Sequence record: MZ443780.1
DNA length: 64,000 nucleotides
Direction: 5' to 3' (one strand)
Below the pieces are notes generated by a model, which saw only the letters and a program-made list of their open reading frames with translations, searched no databases and was not told the DNA's origin. The position numbers and the translations under genes were made by a program. Shown here piece after piece: positions 27,799-35,565 of the stretch. Each line of letters begins with the position of its first letter. Within the stretch, counting starts at the first letter, position 1.

Positions 27799-28233
27799 CT
27801 AATACGAAACGAGGCGGAATGCGTTCTGCTTGAGCAGGTTGAGATTACCGAGCATCAGGCTATAAGCCATAGTGCCGTATTGCTCGATCAGACTATCAGG
27901 CACAATAGACCCGAAGTAAAGAGCTTTATCTGGTCGAGTGTTAATCTCTTCCCCTACGGACTTCGCCTCATTTGGTACGACGAAGCACCATGGTTCAGCA
28001 ACGTATTTACCCTTTACGTACTGAATCCTATAACCAACAGCGATGTGCTGGCCTTTGGTAGGACGGTACGAGAAAACATCCGTGTTCTGGTTGCGTGACT
28101 TGCGCACAGCAAACAATGCCATAGTGAGAAAGCGCTGTTCAAACTGCGGGATGAACGCGTTGTCTTCGCAAATCTTTTTCAGTACCGCCTCTTGTCGCGC
28201 TTTTGGTAGCGACGAGTAGAGGTTTAAGTTCAT
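27799..28233 (-). CDS. Hypothetical protein (144 aa)
   Basis: ORF in tandem, 4-nt overlap with tmk. Confidence 0.7.
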   Translation of the reverse strand: MNLNLYSSLPKARQEAVLKKICEDNAFIPQFEQRFLTMALFAVRKSRNQNTDVFSYRPTKGQHIAVGYRIQYVKGKYVAEPWCFVVPNEAKSVGEEINTRPDKALYFGSIVPDSLIEQYGTMAYSLMLGNLNLLKQNAFRLVSY

Positions 28234-28835
28234 GGCAGTCGCGCGAGAATTTGACGAACAACATCAGATACCGAATTAACCTCAGTATCAATAACCAAAT
28301 CAAAGCCGCCAGGGACTTCGAGATAGCGTTGATTGTATTGCTCAAACACTTCTTTGGTCTGACGCTTTTCGATGCGGTCTTCACCGCCGATGCGCAGCTT
28401 GCGGCGTTCGACAGACGTTTCATACGTACAGGTCAACAGCACGGTCAAACGCTTCTCAGGAGCGAGTGCTTCCCAAGTGTGGCGATAGATGTGCGCGTTG
28501 ATTTCAGACTCACCGGCCTGATAAACGTAAGTCGATGGATAGCCGCGATCAGAAATGATGATAGTGTCTGGCTCATCTGCGAGAATGCGGTCATAAGCAT
28601 TCATCGTGGAAGAACGCGCTGCGAGGAACAGCATCAGCTCGGTGCGCGGGTCCATACCTTCGTTGAGACTGTTATCATTAGACAACAGAACATCACGGAT
28701 ATGCTCGGCAAGAGGTGTGCCGCCCGGCTCGCGCAATCGCAGAACTTTGTGCCCACGTTGAGACAGAATTTCTGACAGAGCATTACAGACGGTTGATTTG
28801 CCGCCACCTTCAGGGCCTTCGATTAAGAGGTTCAT
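28230..28835 (-). CDS. tmk: Thymidylate (dTMP) kinase
   Basis: P-loop GPEGGGKST, LREPGG, ELMLFLAAR, SDRGYPSTYVYQ. Confidence 0.92.
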   Translation of the reverse strand: MNLLIEGPEGGGKSTVCNALSEILSQRGHKVLRLREPGGTPLAEHIRDVLLSNDNSLNEGMDPRTELMLFLAARSSTMNAYDRILADEPDTIIISDRGYPSTYVYQAGESEINAHIYRHTWEALAPEKRLTVLLTCTYETSVERRKLRIGGEDRIEKRQTKEVFEQYNQRYLEVPGGFDLVIDTEVNSVSDVVRQILARLP

Positions 28836-28844
28836 AGTGATTCC

Positions 28845-29336
28845 TTAGGCGAATCGCCCACCTCGCCATGCGGCTTTGATGAGCAATTTTGCCACGATTT
28901 CGTTCTTCATTGTCTTTCGCTTGGCGTTGCTTTTGACAGATGCAGAGCCGAACTTATTCACGACAATCAGACCACAACCGAGTTCTTTAATTCGGGCTAT
29001 GATGCGTTCACCGTGCGATTCAAACAGGCGCTCGTCAATGATGAAGTACATGCGCATACAGAAAGGCAAATACTTATGCCACTTCTTATCGGTATTGAAG
29101 TCTGCCCAGCAACTCTTTACCTCAGTGATAATCATATCGCATTTGGTATTCAGGCAGAACACGTCAGCCCGTAAGTTACCGTGCTTAATCAGTCCGAGTT
29201 CGACGTGGCACGAATAGCGTTTGTCAATCCAGTAGCGTTGTGCAGCTTCGGTAAGAAAGGCCGTCTTATCAGGACGGCTCATTGACTTGAAAACGGCGGT
29301 TCGAACAGGTTCAGCTTTGCGCCTACTATAAGCCAT
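28845..29336 (-). CDS. MmcB-like PD-(D/E)xK nuclease-fold protein
   Basis: RADV...IITEVKSCWADFNTDKKWHKYLPFC matches the MmcB family pattern. Confidence 0.75.
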   Translation of the reverse strand: MAYSRRKAEPVRTAVFKSMSRPDKTAFLTEAAQRYWIDKRYSCHVELGLIKHGNLRADVFCLNTKCDMIITEVKSCWADFNTDKKWHKYLPFCMRMYFIIDERLFESHGERIIARIKELGCGLIVVNKFGSASVKSNAKRKTMKNEIVAKLLIKAAWRGGRFA

Positions 29337-29784
29337 ACGAGTCGATAATGTCCAGGGCTTGCTCTACGATAGGTCGAAGTTTCTTATCGACTTTGCGCAG
29401 TGCTTTATCCGCTTTGAACCACTTGCGTTCACGCGTCATGGCTTCGTCGTACTCGGTCAGTATAGTCTTGACCTTCATGACGTACCATTCAACGTGTTGC
29501 TCGCGGCCGGTCTTGCCTTTAACATACTTCATGATATCCACGAAGTCTTTCGGCTTACCGAGAACACCAGCTTCTTCCATAGCTTCTTTCAGCGCACTGT
29601 CAAGTGCAGTCATTCCCTTCTCAACGCCGCCTTTGGGTAGTCCCCAGTTTCCGGCGTGAGTTGTGCGAATCAGCAGAATCTCTACTGAACCGTCACGTTT
29701 CTTTCTGTATGGGATAACGCCTGACTGCTTGCGAGGTTTCTTCTCGCTAGGCAGCTTGGCGGACAATGACACTTTGATCATCAT
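29326..29784 (-). CDS. Nudix hydrolase
   Basis: Nudix box WGLPKGGVEKGMTALDSALKEAMEEAG; QSGVIPYR and ILLI resemble the Ap4A/diphosphoinositol-type subgroup. Confidence 0.9.
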   Translation of the reverse strand: MMIKVSLSAKLPSEKKPRKQSGVIPYRKKRDGSVEILLIRTTHAGNWGLPKGGVEKGMTALDSALKEAMEEAGVLGKPKDFVDIMKYVKGKTGREQHVEWYVMKVKTILTEYDEAMTRERKWFKADKALRKVDKKLRPIVEQALDIIDSYGL

Positions 29785-30284
29785 AATGGTTCGAGTCCCC
29801 GTGGCAGATCAACATCCCATGAACCGGCATTGTCTTTCCACAGGCCTTCATTCTGCAACACTTGGTACGCTTCGTACAGTGTCGCGCGTGACAGCACGGA
29901 AAGTTCGTTAATGCCAGCAGCGCCCAGATCGTAGCAGTAGCTACAGCCGGGGAAGTATTGACGACGAGCAGCCTCATACGTGTCAAACACGATGCGACCT
30001 TCTTCGTCTGCTACAACCGCATGAGATGCCATGACGCCTTGACCCAGAACCACAATCTGATAGTTAGGGTGTTTGTTGTAGACACGTTGGATAAAGTAAG
30101 CAGCATCTGCAAACGGACGTGCCACCTGTGCGGCGCGATGACAGTTTTGCTCGACGGCGGATTCTGCGAGAGCGCGAGCGCCAGTCAAGTTCATAGCTGA
30201 GGCAAAGATAAGTGTGGTGAGCGCATGTGGCTCTACAGCAGTGGGGAAGAACTTCGTGCCCCACGCTTGTGATAACGAAAGCAT
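29781..30284 (-). CDS. Hypothetical protein (167 aa)
   Basis: AAGGAG SD; N-terminal MLSLSQA; CHRAAQVA and SHAVVAD give a Cys/His pair of unknown significance. Confidence 0.7.
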   Translation of the reverse strand: MLSLSQAWGTKFFPTAVEPHALTTLIFASAMNLTGARALAESAVEQNCHRAAQVARPFADAAYFIQRVYNKHPNYQIVVLGQGVMASHAVVADEEGRIVFDTYEAARRQYFPGCSYCYDLGAAGINELSVLSRATLYEAYQVLQNEGLWKDNAGSWDVDLPRGLEPL

Positions 30285-30313
30285 GGACGTCTCCTTATAC
30301 GATAGTCTCAGCT

Positions 30314-30321
30314 AAATTAGC
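30314..30321 (-). promoter_or_regulatory. Candidate late promoter motif GCTAATTT
   Basis: Directly after the stop at 30323, 30 nt before the start at 30284. Confidence 0.5.
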
Positions 30322-30322
30322 G

Positions 30323-30613
30323 TCAGTCGCTCGGACAGTTAAGGACTTGCTTGCGATTCTGCATAAAGTCGCGTGGCGCTGGCCCAGAGATAACGACAGC
30401 ATGTTTGACACGATGCTTGGTCGGCTTCTTAGACACATTGCAGCCAGCGTGTGACAGTGCATCGAACGCACGGTCAGTAGCAGGACCTGAAATAACAAGC
30501 GTATGAGCGAAGAAGGGTTTACCAACCTTCTTCATCGTTCTGCCCATCAGTTCGTAAATGCGTTGTGCTTCTTCCGTAGACGGCACAGTGCCGCACCAGA
30601 TATCGAACGTCAT
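30323..30613 (-). CDS. Hypothetical protein (96 aa)
   Basis: Tandem ORF with 4-nt overlap and SD. Confidence 0.65.
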   Translation of the reverse strand: MTFDIWCGTVPSTEEAQRIYELMGRTMKKVGKPFFAHTLVISGPATDRAFDALSHAGCNVSKKPTKHRVKHAVVISGPAPRDFMQNRKQVLNCPSD

Positions 30614-31335
30614 TTCGTGTTCTCCTTGATCATAAGGAGACCATTGAAAATACCGAACTTATCAGTGAAATCGCCGAGGACGTTATGGAGAGAACCACTA
30701 TCACCAGGAGCACCGTAAGGATTAAAACCTGTGATGTTGATTTGCAGATGCGATGAACTGACGGTATCGCGTCCCTTTTCCGATAAGAAAATGGTATTGC
30801 CAGAAAAACGCTGCTTATCAGTAATGAGCACACCCATGTTAGACCACGTACGGGAAGAGGTTTCCAGCACAAAGACAGACGCTTCGAAAAACTCTCGTCC
30901 CAGCTCGGGCTTGATGTCCTCAATGTACTGAGCATCTTCATGGTCAGCAACAACAACGTCCAGCGTAATGAAATCAATCGCATCGCGGCGGTTGCGCAAC
31001 CAGACTTGCATACAGCGCTCAAAGTAGTCAGCCAGCGCACAGCAAATGCAGCTATAGTTCGACGGGTCTTTCTTGGCGCGTGGTATGGCTGTAACGCTGC
31101 GTTCATTGAATTTCCAGCTAATGTGATCAGTTACAAGGGTACCGCTCTGCATCTCAACGTCTTCATCATTAATGAAGAACAGGTTGGTGCGTTGCATAGC
31201 AATGTTGGACATGACGTGGAGAGCACTGCCCTGTAAGCCCAGCGGATGCTGAATCATAACACGGGCAGTAACCACGCGCGGTACGCCACCATCAAGATAT
31301 GCGAAGTTCATGGTGCGATGTAATACAGTGCGCAT
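30610..31335 (-). CDS. Hypothetical protein (241 aa)
   Basis: Tandem ORF after the spike gene, with SD. Confidence 0.7.
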   Translation of the reverse strand: MRTVLHRTMNFAYLDGGVPRVVTARVMIQHPLGLQGSALHVMSNIAMQRTNLFFINDEDVEMQSGTLVTDHISWKFNERSVTAIPRAKKDPSNYSCICCALADYFERCMQVWLRNRRDAIDFITLDVVVADHEDAQYIEDIKPELGREFFEASVFVLETSSRTWSNMGVLITDKQRFSGNTIFLSEKGRDTVSSSHLQINITGFNPYGAPGDSGSLHNVLGDFTDKFGIFNGLLMIKENTK

Positions 31336-31345
31336 GATGCGTCCT

Positions 31346-32134
31346 TTAGTTCAGGTTGATTGTCTGTCCATTTACAGTTACTTCCTGACCCGCTTCAATG
31401 CTCACAGCACCTTTGACGTCCAGCACGTCATCGCCCTTAATTCTGGTAACACGACTGCCACCAATCTCAACAGTCTGATTGCCAACGATCTTGGTGTACT
31501 GATTGCCGGCATCGTTTTTAGGCGTACCCTTAAACTTGATACGCTTCTTAGGGTCAGGTTTGAGAGACTTGGGAGTCATCGTCGGGTCATTCAGAATGTA
31601 GTCAGGGATATCATTCTTCGAACCTGTAATGATCAACTGCTGGTTGCCAACAATCGTCTGGTTAACATCACCCATGATTGTCATGTTGAAGTCACCGCTA
31701 GTCACGAGGAAGTGCTCGTTAGTCAGGCGGTCGATAATCAACTGCGTACCGGTAGACAGACGAACGCCCACACGATGTGGGTAGTTCACCTGAAACTCAG
31801 GCAGCATATCAGCTTGCGTCATGCGCACGTCAGTAGAGTAGATACCTTCATGCAACTGACCGGTAGGGAATTTGACACTGACTTTACCGCCACGCGTAGG
31901 CACGAACTGCGCACCGAACACTGTTCCCTGACTGCCTCCCTTGAGACCTTCGAGATGACCAACAGCAGGACGAATCCACGGAATAGATTCATCAGGGATA
32001 TCGTCAGTTAGTCCCATGATACGCGCACGAATCTGACAGATTTTCTGAGGATCGTTGTTGTCAATAACGATTGCCTCATACGTCATCTGAGGGTCAATGC
32101 CCTTCTTCGCGTTTACTTTGTTGAGTGGAATCAT
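31346..32134 (-). CDS. Baseplate central spike (T4 gp5 / gpV-like OB fold plus beta-helix)
   Basis: YEAIVIDNNDPQKICQIRARI...IPW OB motif; IMGDVNQTIVGNQ and IGGSRVTRIKGDD beta-helix repeats; no lysozyme domain seen. Confidence 0.85.
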   Translation of the reverse strand: MIPLNKVNAKKGIDPQMTYEAIVIDNNDPQKICQIRARIMGLTDDIPDESIPWIRPAVGHLEGLKGGSQGTVFGAQFVPTRGGKVSVKFPTGQLHEGIYSTDVRMTQADMLPEFQVNYPHRVGVRLSTGTQLIIDRLTNEHFLVTSGDFNMTIMGDVNQTIVGNQQLIITGSKNDIPDYILNDPTMTPKSLKPDPKKRIKFKGTPKNDAGNQYTKIVGNQTVEIGGSRVTRIKGDDVLDVKGAVSIEAGQEVTVNGQTINLN

Positions 32135-34026
32135 TTATTCACCCGTGGTAAATACATTTCGAGTTTCTCGCCGTCTGGTGTACCGTGAGTGCCAGAGCCG
32201 TCAACAGTGCCGTCACCAAGAGAGCACAGGAAGTTACGCAAGTTCTCTTCCTGCTGGCGAATAAGCTGCGCAAGGTTCGTGCTTGGGCCGAGTAGCTTGC
32301 TGATAGAGAACGCATCGAGACACTTATCAGGCAGTGCGTCGTCGAGCATACGGTTCATATCTTCCAGTTTGTTACTGACGCAACGCTGGTTGATTTGAGG
32401 ACCGTCGAGATACTCAGCAGGGATATCACCGTTAGCGATGAGACCGTTCACGTCATTCGTGAATCCACCGAGCATGTTCTCCATAGCGTCAATGCGCGAT
32501 GCAAGAGAACCGAGTATGCTGCCCTTGTAGTTGATTGCCAGATTGACGCTCAACTTCTCCAGACTGTTCAACGCGTTACAGATACCTGTCAGGTACTTGG
32601 CCATGTTGAACTCTTGCATCAAGCTATTCAGGTAGTCAGCACCTTCACCGTACTTAGCAGCAAGCTCAGGGAACTTAAACATCTCACTGTCAGTCTGGAA
32701 TTGGTCGAGCATAACGTCCAACTGCAATGAGTGTTGCTGCGAAATCCAGTCGATAGGGTTCGAGCCGTCAAGCGCCTGTTTGATGTTCGAGTTAATCTGG
32801 AACGGACGCAGGACAGATGCCACTGTAGCAAGAGGCGTCTGAATGATGTTCGAGCCACCACCAATGTTCGATGTACCTTCTACCGGCGTGAAGTTACGAC
32901 TCAACAGGAACGCTTCGCTGTACATGCCACCGAAGAATACGCGAGTACGCCCGATAACAACCCACTTGCCTGAGACTTTGATATCAGTCTCTACTTGACG
33001 CTGACCGTTAATCACACCAGCAGCAACGTCAACAACGTCGAACAAGTCAACGTCTGGGCAGCCGCCTAAGATCAGAGCACGAGCAGTCTCGGTGTACGTC
33101 ATCGACTGACGACGATTCGAGTAATACGCCTGCATGTACTTGTCGTGGATGTTGATATCGTTCGACGGGAACGCATAGGCTTTACGTGCACCAGCAATGT
33201 CACCACGAACGTCACTGTTAATGTTCAGCGGGTCACGTCCCTTGACAGACACAGAGGCAAGCTCATTCGTCTTACCACTTGAGTCAGTCCACAACAGCTT
33301 CTCACCGTAGTTGGACATACCGTTGAAGATGCCACTCATCGACTTCGGCCGGAACTCATGCACGTTGTAGATTGGGCTATCGCCAGTTGGCTTATGGTTA
33401 TACAGCCAGTACGCTTTCGGGTCTTCGTCAAAGAGTTTGTTGAGGTCACGCACTACCATGCGCTTATCAGCAGTGATGAACATCTTCGGCAAGGCTTCTT
33501 CGGAGATCCACATGTGCTGTTCGATCTCATGCGCAAACTTCTTAGGAGAGCACGTTGCAGATACCCAGTTCATGATATCTGAGGTCTGTATGTCACCGAA
33601 GTCAGGCGTCAGACCACCGAACGATGCAACCTGTTTGAGAGCGTCGATAGAAGTACCGCGAATGCTAAAGCTACGCGTGTCGAAGATGAATGTAGGCGCG
33701 TCGAGAATACACAGCACGTTAAGCATAGGCGTGTTGCCCTCTGTATATTCGCGCACAGCAAACACAGAGAACGTCAGAGTCGATGCAGACTCCGCATCAG
33801 GGCCCATCACCATAGTTACTTTCGTGCCGTCTACAATCGCATGGGATGATCGTAATACGTTCGTCTGGTCAGAGAGTATGAGCAGAGCGCAGGGTATAGC
33901 GAATGTGTTTTCGTACACATGGACGGAACGAATAAGGTTTGGCATAGACGGCGGTGCTTTGCCGTCTAACAGAAGACCAAAGTAACCTTGGTCCTTTACG
34001 CCACCAGCAGATGCTTGGTCAGACAT
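32131..34026 (-). CDS. Baseplate hub protein (gp27 / gpD-like)
   Basis: Precedes the spike; SGKWVVIGRTRVF...EAFLLSR resembles hub C-terminal strands; helical extension. Confidence 0.6.
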   Translation of the reverse strand: MSDQASAGGVKDQGYFGLLLDGKAPPSMPNLIRSVHVYENTFAIPCALLILSDQTNVLRSSHAIVDGTKVTMVMGPDAESASTLTFSVFAVREYTEGNTPMLNVLCILDAPTFIFDTRSFSIRGTSIDALKQVASFGGLTPDFGDIQTSDIMNWVSATCSPKKFAHEIEQHMWISEEALPKMFITADKRMVVRDLNKLFDEDPKAYWLYNHKPTGDSPIYNVHEFRPKSMSGIFNGMSNYGEKLLWTDSSGKTNELASVSVKGRDPLNINSDVRGDIAGARKAYAFPSNDINIHDKYMQAYYSNRRQSMTYTETARALILGGCPDVDLFDVVDVAAGVINGQRQVETDIKVSGKWVVIGRTRVFFGGMYSEAFLLSRNFTPVEGTSNIGGGSNIIQTPLATVASVLRPFQINSNIKQALDGSNPIDWISQQHSLQLDVMLDQFQTDSEMFKFPELAAKYGEGADYLNSLMQEFNMAKYLTGICNALNSLEKLSVNLAINYKGSILGSLASRIDAMENMLGGFTNDVNGLIANGDIPAEYLDGPQINQRCVSNKLEDMNRMLDDALPDKCLDAFSISKLLGPSTNLAQLIRQQEENLRNFLCSLGDGTVDGSGTHGTPDGEKLEMYLPRVNK

Positions 34027-34028
34027 GA

Positions 34029-34469
34029 TTAGCCCTCAGCATCAAGCTCAATCGCAATGGCTTTCAGTTTGGCAGCAAGGAGTTTGATATCAGCAGACTT
34101 CGCTTGCATATTGAAGCCACCGCGACCAGGCTTGATTTCAGAATCTTTTTGAGTGTTGTACCACTTACGCACTTCAACGACACGGTTACCGGCATCATCG
34201 TTCGCCAGATCCACAGACAGGAAACTATGCGGACCTATTTGGATGCGAAAGGTTTCAGGCTCAGAGGTTTCTTTGCGTGTCTTCTTTTTCTTTTCAGAAG
34301 ACTCAGCTTTCATCTCTGACTTATCTTTCTTCTTTGCCTTCTTCTCTTTCGGGCGCTTGAGTTCAGCCTCGCGTTCACTAAGAGGCTTATCGTGCTTCCT
34401 CTTTTTCTCAACGCTGTCTTTAATCTTCTTCGCTTTAGCGCCTACGATTTTGCCGTTAACCATTGCCAT
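34029..34469 (-). CDS. PC4-like ssDNA-binding-fold protein with Lys/Glu-rich N-terminus
   Basis: FLSVDL...VVEVRKWYNTQKDSEIKPGRGGFNM matches PC4/Sub1 (VDIRxWY...KPxxKGI). Confidence 0.7.
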   Translation of the reverse strand: MAMVNGKIVGAKAKKIKDSVEKKRKHDKPLSEREAELKRPKEKKAKKKDKSEMKAESSEKKKKTRKETSEPETFRIQIGPHSFLSVDLANDDAGNRVVEVRKWYNTQKDSEIKPGRGGFNMQAKSADIKLLAAKLKAIAIELDAEG

Positions 34470-34762
34470 TATATTTGCGTCCTCTTCACTTGTTTGATTG
34501 CTTGGCTCGGACGCTTTTCCGGGATTGCTACCTGCATACCAGCGACCATCTCAGATGGATGGACAAGCGAGTTAGCAATAAGCAGCATCACCCAGTTAGC
34601 GTTCGTGCCATAGTTGATGTGCGACAAGAGTTGAGGGTTCCCTTCCATAGAAGCGTCGATGCGTTTCGGAGGTCCGTACAGAGCCTCGTCAACATCGTTG
34701 AACACTTTCATGGTAAGCGGGTCAATCCCCCACTTGTCGATTACTGCGATTGTTTCAGCCAT
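34469..34762 (-). CDS. Baseplate LysM / gpX / gp53-like protein
   Basis: LSHINYGTNANWVMLLIAN.LVHPSEMVAGMQVAIP. Confidence 0.7.
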   Translation of the reverse strand: MAETIAVIDKWGIDPLTMKVFNDVDEALYGPPKRIDASMEGNPQLLSHINYGTNANWVMLLIANSLVHPSEMVAGMQVAIPEKRPSQAIKQVKRTQI

Positions 34763-35553
34763 TTCTTCAAGTCCTCACGCGTTACAGCAAAGTAGCTACT
34801 GACCTGCAGGATGAAGTCTACGCTGATAGGGTTACCAGTTCCATCTTCCCACACGTTGTCAAAGTTAGCACTCACGCTATCAATGACGCACGGACTCATT
34901 GAGAAGAAATTACCAATATCAACGAAGAACGCTTCACTGTCCTCAAGCACGTTACCGATAGCAGCGTTGGCGGCATCAGCACCTTGACCGGAGGCGGCGA
35001 GTGTTAGCGTTTCCATACTAACAGACTTCAATGGGCTTGGGCCCGGCGGTAACAGAAGGCCACCCTTCTCAGACGGCGCACACAGTGAAAGCAGGTTAAT
35101 CGTTGTATCAACGACTTCGCTTTTCGTATCAGAGTATGCGTCAACGAAGATAGGCAGATCGATAGAGAGATAACTAGGACCTCCCCATACGCGAGCACTT
35201 GCCAACTTGTGCATCGAACTAGCGCCAGCGAATCGCAGCGCTTTGTCCATCATACCCGCGTTGTTACCAATGAACGAACCCACAGCACCAGCAGTACCAC
35301 CAACACCCGCAAGAGCGTTACCGCCCTTTTCAGCGAAATCAGCGAGTGATGTATTGGCAAATGGTGCGTCCCATTGAGATGCGAGACTGAACGTGAAGTC
35401 AGGTGGAATGAAACCTGTAAATTTGATTGTGCCACTCTTGTTGTATATCTTCACACGGTACATGTTATCAACAGAGATAATGTCGTCACGCGACCGTGCA
35501 TTCGATATAGAAGTGGCTTGCCCACCATCGGCGGGCATCAGGTAGTTAGCCAC
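34741..35553 (-). CDS. Tail tube initiator / baseplate-tube junction protein (gp48/gp54-like)
   Basis: Position after the tape measure gene; CVIDSVSANF...PISVDFILQV tube-fold strands. Confidence 0.55.
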   Translation of the reverse strand: MANYLMPADGGQATSISNARSRDDIISVDNMYRVKIYNKSGTIKFTGFIPPDFTFSLASQWDAPFANTSLADFAEKGGNALAGVGGTAGAVGSFIGNNAGMMDKALRFAGASSMHKLASARVWGGPSYLSIDLPIFVDAYSDTKSEVVDTTINLLSLCAPSEKGGLLLPPGPSPLKSVSMETLTLAASGQGADAANAAIGNVLEDSEAFFVDIGNFFSMSPCVIDSVSANFDNVWEDGTGNPISVDFILQVSSYFAVTREDLKKWLKQSQ

Positions 35554-35565
35554 ACAAACTCCTTA

